A DNA stretch of 63,832 bases, filler included, from Octopus bimaculoides (Eukaryota), in the NCBI RefSeq assembly GCF_001194135.2. It is 4 parts of 4 records of this genome, joined end to end, with 100 filler letters (N's around TTAATTAATTAA, not from the genome) between each part and the next. Parts side by side here need not be neighbours in the genome. Positions count along the whole stretch, not along the records: positions 10,205 to 29,887 come from NC_068985.1; 3 more parts are not named here. One strand, written 5' to 3'. The notes under the pieces are model-generated. The model saw only the letters and a program-made list of their open reading frames with translations. It did not search any database and was not told the origin of the DNA. The translations under genes were made by a program, and so were the position numbers. Positions 13,149-27,016 of the stretch are shown one piece after another. Numbering within the stretch: the first letter of the stretch is position 1; the number at the start of each line of letters is the position of its first letter.

Positions 13149-14271
13149 TAGAACCCCCCCCCCCGATAAACTAACTAAATAAATAAAGAACATTTTTTGT
13201 TAGTAACATGAAGCAATTTCTATACATTTGTTCTTGGCCTCTCCTCTTCACTACTATATCTCTCTCTTTCTCCCTGTCTCTCGTTGCTCACCTATATTCT
13301 ACTTCCTACCCTTTTTCTCCCTCTACCCCTCTTTCTCCCTACCCCTCGCTGGTCACATGTTTCCAGCTACTAATTCTTTTCATATCGCCAAGCACACACG
13401 AACATTCTTCGTCCCGTTTCCTTCCAGTTCGTTGCTTCACAGCGTTCAGTATGCACATATTTTTTCACGTCTGGCCGTATAGCCTTCTTGTTTATTTTCA
13501 CTGTTTCGTTTTCCTGTCTTGTTCTTTTTCCGGCATTACATTCCTCCATGNNNNNNNNNNNNNNNNNNNNNNNNNNNNNNNNNNNNNNNNNNNNNNNNNN
13601 NNNNNNNNNNNNNNNNNNNNNNNNNNNNNNNNNNNNNNNNNNNNNNNNNNNNNNNNNNNNNNNNNNNNNNNNNNNNNNNNNNNNNNNNNNNNNNNNNNNN
13701 NNNNNNNNNNNNNNNNNNNNNNNNNNNNNNNNNNNNNNNNNNNNNNNNNNNNNNNNNNNNNNNNNNNNNNNNNNNNNNNNNNNNNNNNNNNNNNNNNNNN
13801 NNNNNNNNNNNNNNNNNNNNNNNNNNNNNNNNNNNNNNNNNNNNNNNNNNNNNNNNNNNNNNNNNNNNNNNNNNNNNNNNNNNNNNNNNNNNNNNNNNNN
13901 NNNNNNNNNNNNNNNNNNNNNNNNNNNNNNNNNNNNNNNNNNNNNNNNNNNNNNNNNNNNNNNNNNNNNNNNNNNNNNNNNNNNNNNNNNNNNNNNNNNN
14001 NNNNNNNNNNNNNNNNNNNNNNNNNNNNNNNNNNNNNNNNNNNNNNNNNNNNNNNNNNNNNNNNNNNNNNNNNNNNNNNNNNNNNNNNNNNNNNNNNNNN
14101 NNNNNNNNNNNNNNNNNNNNNNNNNNNNNNNNNNNNNNNNNNNNNNNNNNNNNNNNNNNNNNNNNNNNNNNNNNNNNNNNNNNNNNNNNNNNNNNNNNNN
14201 NNNNNNNNNNNNNNNNNNNNNNNNNNNNNNNNNNNNNNNNNNNNNNNNNNNNNNNNNNNNNNNNNNTATAT

Positions 14272-14930
14272 CATAGGCGTACGGTCCATGGGAGCAAGGG
14301 AAGCAATGCATCCCTTAAAAATTATAGAAACAAAAATGAAACTATATTACTTATTTTTCATAAGATCGTTCTTCTAATATTCTGTAAAATTGATATAAAC
14401 TACATGACATCATAGTCCTCAGGCTTTTTTGTCAGAATTAGCATGAGACGACATGCAGTGGCAGACGACACAAAAAAGGTCTGTTCAAGGAAGGCAACAC
14501 GAGCTGTTGCATCCTTTTCGATGTAATATTTAAAATGACACAAAGAGAATTTTTTATAGTAAGAGAAGGTAACAAATAGTTTTAAATGCTAATAAATACT
14601 TATACGCTTCTGTTAATTTTCTAACAATTCGCAATACCTATGATATATATAATCATACGTTGATATATAACACATAGGTAAAGGGAAGCAAGTTCACATT
14701 CTACTTCCGTCTGAAAACACGGTGTAAAGATAACATGCACGTAGTTTTCTACATTTATTCAACTAAAATTTTATAATTTTCAAATTACAAAACACACTTA
14801 ATATAAAATATGAATTCTGTTCATTTTAAAATAGCCGTATAATATGAACATAACAATCTGATTCAAATAAATATCTGACAGAAAATTTGGCCATTGCTTC
14901 CCCAATCAGGAAGTTCCCCGCACGCCCCTG
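14272..14930. mobile_element. Possible non-autonomous hAT-like element (MITE), about 660 bp
   Basis: Left end cataggcgtacgg...gggaagcaatg; right end reverse complement caggggcgtgcgg...gggaagcaatg; TSD not checkable because of the gap. Confidence 0.5.
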
Positions 14931-14931
14931 T

Positions 14932-14976
<45 letters not shown>

Positions 14977-15197
14977 TAGCTTTATATTCTCATTCAGGGA
15001 TAGCCAAGTCCTATACAAGTAGTGGTTAGTTACTTATACAAATAATATTGAACGTTATATTTGATACTCAACTGTAAGATAACTATGTAAACCGTGGTTT
15101 ATATATATTTCTTTATTATAATAATACGATGAGAAAACACTGAACTAATTAATAAATCATTATTTATTAATTAAAAACATTGACAAACATCACTCAC

Positions 15198-15323
15198 CGC
15201 TGTTTTAATTCAGAGTTTAATTCATTAAACTGAAAATCATTTGAAAATTGAGTCTCTTCAGAGGAAGATAAAGATATACAAAATAGGCATTCAATTCCTG
15301 CATGTTGAGCAATCGGGTGCAAA
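15198..15323 (-). CDS. Candidate exon (LHPIAQHAGIECLFCISLSSSEETQFSNDFQFNELNSELKQ-R)
   Basis: ttaacag| ... CG|gtgagt; 126 nt, open, phase 2-2. Confidence 0.3.
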
Positions 15324-16008
15324 CTGTTAACTGATTTATACATAAAGAACATAGTATATGAATAGCAGAGACCTCAGAAGGGGAATAAGACTGTGTCTAA
15401 TAGAGTTATAAAACAATATATTCATCTGGAGTGTAAAGTATAAAAAAGCTCAAGTAGATATAGTTGGTAAAAATGTCATATTGTGCTGGCCGGTAACGTA
15501 TTTTTCTGCATTATATGGATAATTTATCCTGATCACGCTATTTATAGCATTATCACGCGTTTGGGAAATAAATTTATTTCTGTATCTTATTCTTATTAAA
15601 TCAATATGAACTTAGTTTGTAGAGTTTAATTCAAGTGTATAGTTACTAATATTTAATTAAGGTGGAAGTCATTCAGACTATCTATTAAATATCGAAATTG
15701 TTAAAAAGACCAATAAGAATATGAGCTTAATTTTATGGTAATAAAAGTTATAAATAAAAACATGAATAAAGTAAAATAAATAAATCAAAATTGATAAAGT
15801 AAAGAGTGAAAAACATAGAGAGAGAAAAGTAAATAAATGAATAAAGTATTATAAATTATTGCCTTTCACCCCTTAAAAAATTATTATCGCAGTAGACAAA
15901 TCAAGATAAAGAACTACTGAACAAAATTTAATTCAAATATTTCAGATATGCAGCGTTCGTATAATGAATATGTTAAGTTGATAAATTATGGCGATATGGT
16001 ATTTATCA

Positions 16009-16043
<35 letters not shown>

Positions 16044-19000
16044 ATACAAAAATAGGAATGAATGGGAATGAAAATATGCTAATAAAAGTGATAAGGGCTT
16101 AAATATGGGTCAATTCAACAAATTAAATTAAAGTTTATTGATGAAAATATATAAATAATAAAATATATAAATAGTTAAGTATAAAGCTCGCAAAAAAGGA
16201 AGTAGGTATTCATTTAGAGGTGAACGGCTAAAGAAAATCTACTACATATATGGGAAATTCTGTATGTGGGTATCTTTGAGGAGTTGTTAGCTAACTTCTC
16301 CTACATCATTTTATCGATTTTGACACGTGAGTAGAATACATGCCTGGAAACCTCATGGAATACTCAGATCGTTGAAAAAAATCGATAATATGGCTCCTGG
16401 AAGGGATCCTCATATATATCTAATATATTTCATTTTAACACCCAAGGGAAATAAACCAATTCTCCCAGATTTTAAGAGCGAAGGGAAATAACCCATTCAT
16501 TTTCCTAAGCCATTTGGTATAAACCAAATTAAGTATGCTTATTTCTTAGTATTTGAACTGTTAGAGTTATTTTCGCAAATTATCCAGTACAACCCTTAAA
16601 CAAGTAAATAGTATTTTCCTAAACAATAGATCCATTTATTTCGGTTAGTGACTTATTCACGAATATACCAACACTAGCGCCGCTGAGGGTAATATTCTCT
16701 GGGAACGCTAAAAAAGCCCGTTATTTACTTTGAATTGTTATTTTCTCATATCTGATTATCCAGTTATTACGTAACGTGCTTCACGAATTTAGTGTACATA
16801 CTTTGTTTGTATTTCCTCTAAAGTTCTATATTCTCTGTGAACACATTGAAGCCTTTTTCGGGGATAGTTTATTTGAATTCTTACTATCGAGTAACTATTT
16901 TCATGTTATTACATAACTGACTTCACAATTTGGGTATTCATAACTTATTGGGAATTTCTAAAAACACGAGCCAGTGGAAGACAGTTCGGTAGTCTCTGTA
17001 AATGCACAAGTACCGTTTTGAGGGCTACATACTTTGTATTGTTTTGGATTAGCGAAACAATTATGAGGACGGAATTACAGGGTACGTCAGCTAGTCTAGG
17101 AATGATCTAATTTAAGGACATACCAAAGCGAAAACAGATAGAACTAAATAGCTACAGTTTTGGTTCAGATAGGTCAATTTATTTGATTTAGTTGAGAAAA
17201 GCTTACGGAAAACTAGGAACAAACTAAATTAGGGACATACACAAAATACGAACCGGTGAATGCAAATATAATCGATAAGACACGTGAAAATTATTATTGA
17301 CATGAGATACACATGCGTTTAAAGAGAGAGTGTGGGAGTAATATATAGGAATTATGAAAGTTATTATTTTGCTTACTAGGAGATAAGTAAGAGTACGCTG
17401 TAGTTATATTATGTATACGGATGTTAAGAATGGACCAAATATAAGATCAATGGAAAACAGATAGTCAAGGGGAGGTAATTCATAATAAATTGATCAAAGC
17501 AAATAAATAAATTAGGCTAGATAGAACACGTGCATATTATATATTCTTGGTGAGGTGTGCAACGTATGAAGTAAAACAATATTATATTAAATGATAAATT
17601 ACGTGGATTTATAACTAAAACATTAAAGCATTCTACCAAAAATAAGAAGAAAGAATAAAATATATAATTAATAAAATGCTGGAAGAATAGAGGGGATAAT
17701 TTAAAATTTAATCGTAGGTAGGTATAAGGAAAATTGTAATTATAGTTTATAGGTGGTGATAGGACCAAATATAATTTAAATGTTAAAGGCAATTAACAAA
17801 AAAATAATGAAAAGTTTAGCTGTAGGAATTTAGTTATGAAGAGAGAAGCCCACATTATAATTAATAAATATAAAAATGGAACAATAAAGTTAGGTTCAAG
17901 ATACAGTAAACACAGTATGTTTACAAAATAAATATTGAATTTATAATAAGATATATATTTATTAAAATGATAAGAAAAGCAATATGAATAAGGGAGGTTA
18001 AATACATATGATTATATAAATAATACATGGTAAGTAATAAATATAATATAATGGGGGATTCATAAAGGGTTACAGAGAGTAAAGCGAGAGAGAAAGGGGT
18101 TAATAAGCTATTAAACTATTTAAAAAATATAACCATTCATGTAAGCATAATAATAAGAAAAACAATAAATTAAATTGCTAAAATGTAGTATATCTAAGTA
18201 TTAAAATTAAAATTAGAATATGGACATGTATATAGGTGAGACACTAATAGACACTAGATAGTTAGTAATGAATAAATATAAATGGGAACATTTAAGAAGG
18301 GTATACCATAAAGTAGTAAGGGAAATTGGTGAGGAAGTTATTATATAATTTCAGCAGGCATGCTAGTAATAGGAATTAAAATAGCTATATAATATTTTAG
18401 CCATATTTAGAAAATACAAATTCAGTTTTATAAATACAAGAGGGTGGCGTTCATTCCTGAATTTAAAAATATGGTTTTTAGCAGAGGAGAGACAATAAAT
18501 GATTTTTCATTTAAATATAAAAAACAATTTTTCATATTAACTTGATGGGAAGGTGACGAAGCAAGTATTTCCCATTTCAGATCTGCACTGTATATACCTA
18601 TCTTTTAACTCACAAATAAATTAACTCAGTCTCGTTGAATTAGATTTATCTTTATTTTCCTAAAATATAGAGATGCGTATACAGACATACNNNNNNNNNN
18701 NNNNNNNNNNNNNNNNNNNNNNNNNNNNNNNNNNNNNNNNNNNNNNNNNNNNNNNNNNNNNNNNNNNNNNNNNNNNNNNNNNNNNNNNNNNNNNNNNNNN
18801 NNNNNNNNNNNNNNNNNNNNNNNNNNNNNNNNNNNNNNNNNNNNNNNNNNNNNNNNNNNNNNNNNNNNNNNNNNNNNNNNNNNNNNNNNNNNNNNNNNNN
18901 NNNNNNNNNNNNNNNNNNNNNNNNNNNNNNNNNNNNNNNNNNNNNNNNNNNNNNNNNNNNNNNNNNNNNNNNNNNNNNNNNNNNNNNNNNNNNNNNNNNN

Positions 19001-19602
19001 NNNNNNNNNNNNNNNNNNNNNNNNNNNNNNNNNNNNNNNNNNNNNNNNNNNNNNNNNNNNNNNNNNNNNNNNNNNNNNNNNNNNNNNNNNNNNNNNNNNN
19101 NNNNNNNNNNNNNNNNNNNNNNNNNNNNNNNNNNNNNNNNNNNNNNNNNNNNNNNNNNNNNNNNNNNNNNNNNNNNNNNNNNNNNNNNNNNNNNNNNNNN
19201 NNNNNNNNNNNNNNNNNNNNNNNNNNNNNNNNNNNNNNNNNNNNNNNNNNNNNNNNNNNNNNNNNNNNNNNNNNNNNNNNNNNNNNNNNNNNNNNNNNNN
19301 NNNNNNNNNNNNNNNNNNNNNNNNNNNNNNNNNNNNNNNNNNNNNNNNNNNNNNNNNNNNNNNNNNNNNNNNNNNNNNNNNNNNNNNNNNNNNNNNNNNN
19401 NNNNNNNNNNNNNNNNNNNNNNNNNNNNNNNNNNNNNNNNNNNNNNNNNNNNNNNNNNNNNNNNNNNNNNNNNNNNNNNNNNNNNNNNNNNNNNNNNNNN
19501 NNNNNNNNNNNNNNNNNNNNNNNNNNNNNNNNNNNNNNNNNNNNNNNNNNNNNNNNNNNNNNNNNNNNNNNNNNNNNNNNNNNNNNNNNNNNNNNNNNNN
19601 NN

Positions 19603-19646
<44 letters not shown>

Positions 19647-20134
19647 TGTGTGCGTGTGTGTGTATGTATGTATATAGAAACAGAGATAGATTTGAGCGAG
19701 ATAATGTCGTGGGAAATGGATCAATATATTGATATTTCTCTATATTTTGGTGTGTGATGAGGAACACATACTAAGATGTCGTAAGTGATTATTTATTCGA
19801 TATCATTTTACCATTGTCCCAAGAGTTTTAAAGAGAAATAATTTCCATAATTTCTTTTTCTTCAACATAGATTGGCCTTGATCAACGTCAGCTAAATCTA
19901 AAGGTATTCTGTCCGAGAACAGCGTAACACACTGTAATTGTTTGCAAAACCCATTAACATGGTTGAGAGAGATGCAATCTCTAGATTTTCAGATTCGATC
20001 ACCGCTATCCTATTCTATGTTTAGTTCTTAAATATATAACATTTGTACAGATAATGCGTTTCATAGAATTAAACACAATGTTTAATATGCTATTGTGGCT
20101 TGCTTGAATTAGGTAATTCAAATTCAATATTATA

Positions 20135-20940
20135 CAGGGTCTTCGGAGTAAATTTGACAGTTTGCATAAAAGAAAACACAATATCCTATCCAAAACTAAA
20201 AATAGATTCGAAAATAAGAACTTATGAACTAGATTATTTGGGTGATAATAGTTTACTGATATTACCCGCCCTCAGACGTCTCCGAAAGTGTGTGCATGCG
20301 TTTCTGACTGTGTCTCTGAGAAGATCTAACACCTACACGCTCTTGGCCGCCAGCTCAACCTTGGTGTTACTGTCAGTGTGTTTGATGTCTTTCTCGACTG
20401 TGCCCCACACATAATATTCCATAAGGTTGCAACTGAGGAGATTAAGAGGCCAGAAATTGGGGCTAGTGATGTAGAAATTCTATGACAACCACTTCTGAGT
20501 TTCACCAGAGGTAAGGCAAGATGAATCCTGCGGATGGGCAACAAGCAGCAACAGTCTGAAGCCAGACTTAAACCATAGTCTCCAGCAGCCATACACAACT
20601 GTGTGAATTCAGCCTGAGTCCCTGTTCAAAGAAATATGTTGTACGGGCGCAATCAGAATTCCGATTGTGATGCATCCTGTTATTCATGGCTTCGTGGTTT
20701 TAGTAGCAGCATTTCATGTCATGTTCTTTAGTCTTTATAGTGTTCATAGAGCATTGCACAAACAGCCAAGTGTTCGGCATTTTGATACCTGGCAACAATC
20801 GTATTCATACAGGTAATTTTTCACAGGTGGTCTCTAGTCCTCCATGTGAGCGAACATTTTAAAACTATAACTTAAACCATTATGCTCTCCCAGGTCGTCC
20901 ATTGTTCAGCCAAAAAATCAAGATATTCTTGAAAAAGGAA
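20135..20940 (-). mobile_element. Decayed Tc1/mariner-superfamily maT (DD37D-like) transposase
   Basis: FEQGLRLNS; QDSSCLTSGETQKWLS; NFWPLNLLSCNLMEYYVWGTVEKD; one TA|cagggt TIR-like end at 20135. Confidence 0.75.
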
Positions 20941-21211
20941 GATGAAAAATAATGATCACATTTACCACAAAACACACTGATAGTATATTAGCCTTACTGC
21001 AATTTTCTTTTTTCAGATTACATCCATCGTGTATCAACAATTTATATTTGAAATTGCGGAAAATCCAAAATCCAAAACAAATTTTTCACATATTTCGAGC
21101 ATTATGGAACAACGATACTAAAAGTAGGAGGTGGGCTATTGAGGAAGTTAAAAAAGAGAGGATTATGTAAAAATAATCGTTCAGTAAACGGATGGAAACA
21201 TTGTTTCGTAA

Positions 21212-21270
<59 letters not shown>

Positions 21271-22380
21271 CTGTGTGCATATATATATATATAATTATTA
21301 TAAGATCTGGTAATTAGTCATATATTAATATATTAATTAATATCGATTAATTATCAGGGGGCCAGCACATTTAAAGAATCTCAGATATTCAGAAATATTA
21401 TCTGCAATCTCAGGGGATTAAGGTACATTTTAAAAAATAACGTCGACCACTAACGTGAACAATTAATGCGCTAGAAATAAATCACATCTTGCGTCTATTA
21501 AGACCTAAAAAGTTCTCAACATGAAATATAGCAGCATATCAAAAACGTGAGCGGGCAAGNNNNNNNNNNNNNNNNNNNNNNNNNNNNNNNNNNNNNNNNN
21601 NNNNNNNNNNNNNNNNNNNNNNNNNNNNNNNNNNNNNNNNNNNNNNNNNNNNNNNNNNNNNNNNNNNNNNNNNNNNNNNNNNNNNNNNNNNNNNNNNNNN
21701 NNNNNNNNNNNNNNNNNNNNNNNNNNNNNNNNNNNNNNNNNNNNNNNNNNNNNNNNNNNNNNNNNNNNNNNNNNNNNNNNNNNNTATATATATATATATA
21801 TATATGTATGTATATATATACATATGGCTCCAAGTAAACTGGCATTAGATTTTCGGTCGTTCAATAATTCTCAGCTGATTAGTAGAGCAATTTAGTAAAC
21901 CTATCAGTAACGTACCGATGCTGACTCCTGCGAATGTAGGCAAAAGAAAAAAATTTGCATACATTAAAAATGTGTTATTTTCTCGGAGATTTTATGATAG
22001 TAAAAAAGACTTTAGCGTCTATTTCTAATTCAGTACGCGGCGAGGCACATAGCTGTTCTCTTGTTATAATTATGTCTATAATAATAGGATAATTTGTAAA
22101 TTTTACCTAAATGGTTTTTATTTACGTACTGACTACTTGGTAAAATTATTACTGATTTTACCCTATATTATTTATAGAAGTATATATGTGTATGCGTGAA
22201 TATATGATGCATGGTCTGAAGAGTAGTTCTGGCTAATGTCAGCAGCGGCCGTTCAGCACTACCGATGAAATACAGCTGACGCATTACTCATCAGGCACAC
22301 GTCACTACAGTACCTTTCATCTAGAGGAAAATATCTAGAAAAACTCTAATATCAAAAGATACATACATACGCAACCACAC

Positions 22381-22421
<41 letters not shown>

Positions 22422-22484
22422 CAGCTAGAATAGTTAGTGGGTTGTTATGTAGATATAATATGTGTGCGTATGTATGTATGTATG

Positions 22485-22546
<62 letters not shown>

Positions 22547-23759
22547 TATNNNNNNNNNNNNNNNNNNNNNNNNNNNNNNNNNNNNNNNNNNNNNNNNNNN
22601 NNNNNNNNNNATATATATATATATATATATGCATATGTATGTAGATAAATGGATATGAATGTAAACATAGACATACAGATAGATACGTACATAGGTGATA
22701 TGAACAGACAAGCACACATACACACATGCATACATATGTGCATACATACACACATACATGCATAGACACATATAAATGCATACATATTTTCATATGTGTA
22801 TGCGCACGCACACTGATCCAGACACATGCGCACACACAAACGAGAAGAACGCAGCTCCGATACCGGAATGCGTTAACGACTATTGAATAGATTATGAGAC
22901 GCATCCAAAATTTTAGAAAAAATAAATCAATGAGTGGAAAATTAACCGAAAGAGAATGACTCTCCCCAGACACAACAAAATATGATTCAACACGCGAAGA
23001 CTAGCGCTCCAGCAATGCAAGTCAGGCATTGCAGGGCCATTATTATTTTTATATTATTTTAAAATGAATTTAAGAACGTAATTTACTTGTAACACGGTGG
23101 AAAATTTATCACAATCATTGAAGATGGAACTAACTGTTTAATTAGCTTCGAAGTAGACCATAAGATGCTATATTAATATAGTATTACTTGGATTACTAAA
23201 GAAAGCTCTACCTGACCTCATTTCCTTTCTCACTGAAAATAGTTTCGAAGTCATGGAATGTTAACAATTCATGGAGGTTCTTGACTCCTCCCTCTACCTC
23301 TTTCTACACTGTCAGGTATTTGCAATTGCTGACTGGATTTGACCATTTGACCTCAGTCAAAAAGCACTAAGTCTAAAAATGAAATTGTCAGTCAGATCGT
23401 TTCTGTCATTCAGACTACCAGCACCAAATGTTTGCCAGTTTAAAAAAAAATTCTCTTTAATATTTAATGTTGATTGTTACATTGCTGGACTTTTGGTTTA
23501 CCTATCCCATATAAGTTAGAATTTCTGCCTATTGAGCAAGATATTTCGTTGCTTCGTTTATTTTTTAAGACTATTTTCCGTTTAATTCAAATTTACTGTC
23601 AATTGTCACACACGCAGAAAACAGCCCCCCCCCTCCATACACACCACACACACATACATGTGCGCATATCGCTTTTGTAAAATCTTTTGAACTTTCGAAA
23701 TGTTAGTCCAAATGACTGGAATCTGTGTTATAGAACGTTTGAAAAATAGTTTTTCAAAC

Positions 23760-25415
23760 AAGACTTTGAAAGTAAGCAATGAATTGCCAAATGATGGCAA
23801 ACCAACAACGCCGAAATTACTAAGTTCCGATACAAATCGTATTCAGACTAATCTGTATGAAAGGAAAAAAAATGCGTAGCTGGAGGTGCTAATCTAAATA
23901 AGTTATTCTGCAGGCCATGCTTGTTATGTAGTTTAGAAAAAGCTGTTTGGAGTGATAAAGTTTACGATGATTCAAATAATCGACATATGGTCATTCTAAA
24001 ACTAGAATGTTCTCAAAAGTATATACAATTTTTGATAGATCTTAAAACACTTCAGATAGAATGGCAATTATATTAAATGCATATGAAAAGAGAAACAGAA
24101 CATACAACAGCACGATGAAGGAATTAGATGAAATAGATCCATTCTGCGGCGGTTGGTCGAGGCAGTGAATTTTCGCGGACGCCAGGAATTATAATTTCGG
24201 GGTTCGTTGGAATCTAAAAATGCAGTAATCACTGAAATTAGAAAGAACGCATATCTAATCAGTAAATATGATGAAATATTGGAACGCCATCTTCATCCAG
24301 CTTCTGTTTTCTTACGTCTCTCAAACAGAATTCAAAATGACTTGATCGATGCAGTTCAAAAAGTTATGTTGTGATGAAATAGAAAATTAACTGAAGCAGG
24401 CGAAATTCATATCCATTCCAGCAAATGAAAGATACGACGTATGGCACTATCTACGTCTGTCAACTTTTTACCTATACTACAAAAAATATTGTGTTATTAA
24501 TAAACAATTTGTCGGTTTTAATGATGTAAGAGCAGATTGTTCAGCAAATGCCGTATCGGAAAATATTTTGAAATGCGTTTACACGTGGAAGTGTGATAAC
24601 AAATTAATTGCTAAATGGACTGGGTACATCTTTTACGAAATCACCTAAACACTCTAATGCATTACATAAAACAGATTTTTTAAAAGAGTTCCCAAAGCTA
24701 TAGGATGTAGATGGAACTACTCCTTTACGTCTTGTTCTTACTATAAAAGAAAATTGAAATTTCATAATCAGCTTTTTTGAAGACATCTTTGAAAATCCTG
24801 AAGCATGTGATGAGGCCACAATAAATCTGCTGATGTTTCATTTCACTGCTGATATTTTTCCCTGATGTCTTATTTAACGTCCTTCAGGCTAAAAATCATG
24901 ACATAGTGCATTGCTAGAGCAAATAGATGAAACTAGAACCGTGCTCAAAAATAAGCTCGATACTTTGTATTTTAGAGTAGAAGTATGGAATCAATACTTT
25001 ATATGTTAGGGTAGAAATATGGAATCGAAATTAAGAGACTCGGGAATAAACCTATTGATCCTCAACATCATTATAGAATGCTGCTCTATAACAAAAACTA
25101 TTGGCACAATAGTTGGCCAATTAAATTCATAGAACTTTTCAATTTCACCTAAAATGGGGAATGCTGCAAAAATATCCAGTGGATGCTTTATATTCTTTAA
25201 AACTACCTCTGGTTGTTTTAATACGATTGCAGATTGAACTAAATGTTACGTATTCTATGCATGATTTTAACAAGCAAAGAATAATTTGATGCATTACATA
25301 TACATCAATTGAAAAAGATTTACTCCAACAACTAATTGAAACAAAAGATTTCTATGATAATGCAATAAATATATTTGTCCTGAAAAGATCGAAGAACTGA
25401 ATTAAATTATAAATC
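23760..25415 (+). mobile_element. Decayed hAT transposase (ZMYM1/DUF4371-like)
   Basis: ILRRLVEAVNFRGRQEL*FRG..SKYDEILERHL..LSNRIQNDLIDAV; FVGFNDV..SANAV..KLIA; many stops; ends not defined. Confidence 0.75.
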
Positions 25416-25539
25416 AGGTATGTAGATATTAATTTTTCGTACATCTGGTTCGAAATTTTTCAACGCTTTAAAAAAGTACCCCTGGTCATTAATTTGGTTC
25501 TCTAAATTAAACAGATTTTAAAAAATGAATCCAAAAATA

Positions 25540-26736
25540 CAAGGGTACGCTAAAAAGTTCATAGGCTAGATATGAAGAATTAAGGCTTGAGCTGCAAAAT
25601 TGTGCATGCGCTCTAATTTGAACCTGTCTTATTAATGAGGGTATTGTTTCCTTTCAGGCAAACTGCTTTCTAACTATTCCAGAAGACTTCAAAAGTAACT
25701 AGTAGTAACTTCTCATGAAAATTAACAAAATTTGGCAATGTGGTATTTTCAAGTACCTTCACAAAAATGTTCTAGCCCACAAGGACGTTCATACAGACAT
25801 AATTGCTACAATTCGAGGCGGCGTTCCAGCTTAATCAAGAGTGCCAAAGTGAGCAACTTAATTTTGGAAAGGTCTGGAGAGACTTGAACATGACCCGAGG
25901 AAAATATTGATTGTTTTCACCACATGTTGATGGATAAGAGGCGATTAATTATAAATTGAATAGCCAATGTTATTAGCATATACCGTGAGAGTTGAGAATA
26001 TTCTGCACAATTAACTTGGCATCACAAAGTTTTCTGACACATGATCAAAGGTGCACCGTGCAAGAAAATTTGACATTATGTCAGGCAGATCCAGCTGATT
26101 ACATAGAACGTTTCCTAACCTATGTTGAGCCTTAGGTTCATCACTAAATAGACCATCGATGCAGTGGAAACAACCCTCCTCACTTTCTCAAATGGGGACC
26201 AAGATCCTTTCAAATGCATGGAAAGTGGTGGCCTCGATTTTTTGGAATGGAAAGGCATTATGTTTACTGACTACCTTCAAAAGGGCCACAATATCAATAG
26301 ACAGTACTATAATAACTTGTTGAGTCAGTTACCAAACGCCCAGGAAGACTGATGAAAAGTGTCTTCCTTCGTTTGGTTAATGCTGCAGCACATGTGTCCC
26401 TGGTTTCATTCGTTACTATTCGTGACAGTGGCTTGAACTAGGTGATCACAGTCCGTATATTCCTAATTTAGACCCACCTGATCATTATGTGTTTGCGAAC
26501 ATGAAAAACACTTGACTGGGAACCAGTCTCGCAGTGGTTATGACATCATATCTGCTGTTGATGACTTTTTTTGACGGACAAGATGAACGCCTCTTCACTA
26601 ATGGGATCCAAACACTCCAACACCGATGGAAGTAAATATGTGGGGCGCAGGTAGCAACTATGTTGAAAAATAAAGCTTATTTGATCGAATTCATTGAGTA
26701 TTTTGGTAGGCATATAAACTTTTCAGCCGACCCTCA
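25540..26736 (+). mobile_element. Decayed near-full-length mariner element, about 1.2 kb, with imperfect TIRs and TA flanks
   Basis: Left TA|caagggtacgctaaaaagttcataggcta, right taggcatataaacttttcagccgaccctca|TA; remnants WKGIMFTDYLQKG, HSPYIPNLDPPDHYVFANMK, GIQTLQHRW, YVEK*. Confidence 0.85.
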
Positions 26737-26964
26737 TATTTATAGTATGACCAACTTAAAAGTCACTGCACGATAATGATNNNNNNNNNNNNNNNNNNNN
26801 NNNNNNNNNNNNNNNNNNNNNNNNNNNNNNNNNNNNNNNNNNNNNNNNNNNNNNNNNNNNNNNNNNNNNNNNNNNNNNNNNNNNNNNNNNNNNNNNNNNN
26901 NNNNNNNNNNNNNNNNNNNNNNNNNNNNNNNNNNNNNNNNNNNNNNNNNNNNNNNNNNNNNNNN

Positions 26965-27016
<52 letters not shown>

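Noticed and set aside
22230-22320. Cluster of CRE/AP-1-like words (TGACGCA, TTACTCA, CACGTCA) in a GC-richer patch
   Set aside because: Such short motifs are expected by chance, and there is no TSS evidence.
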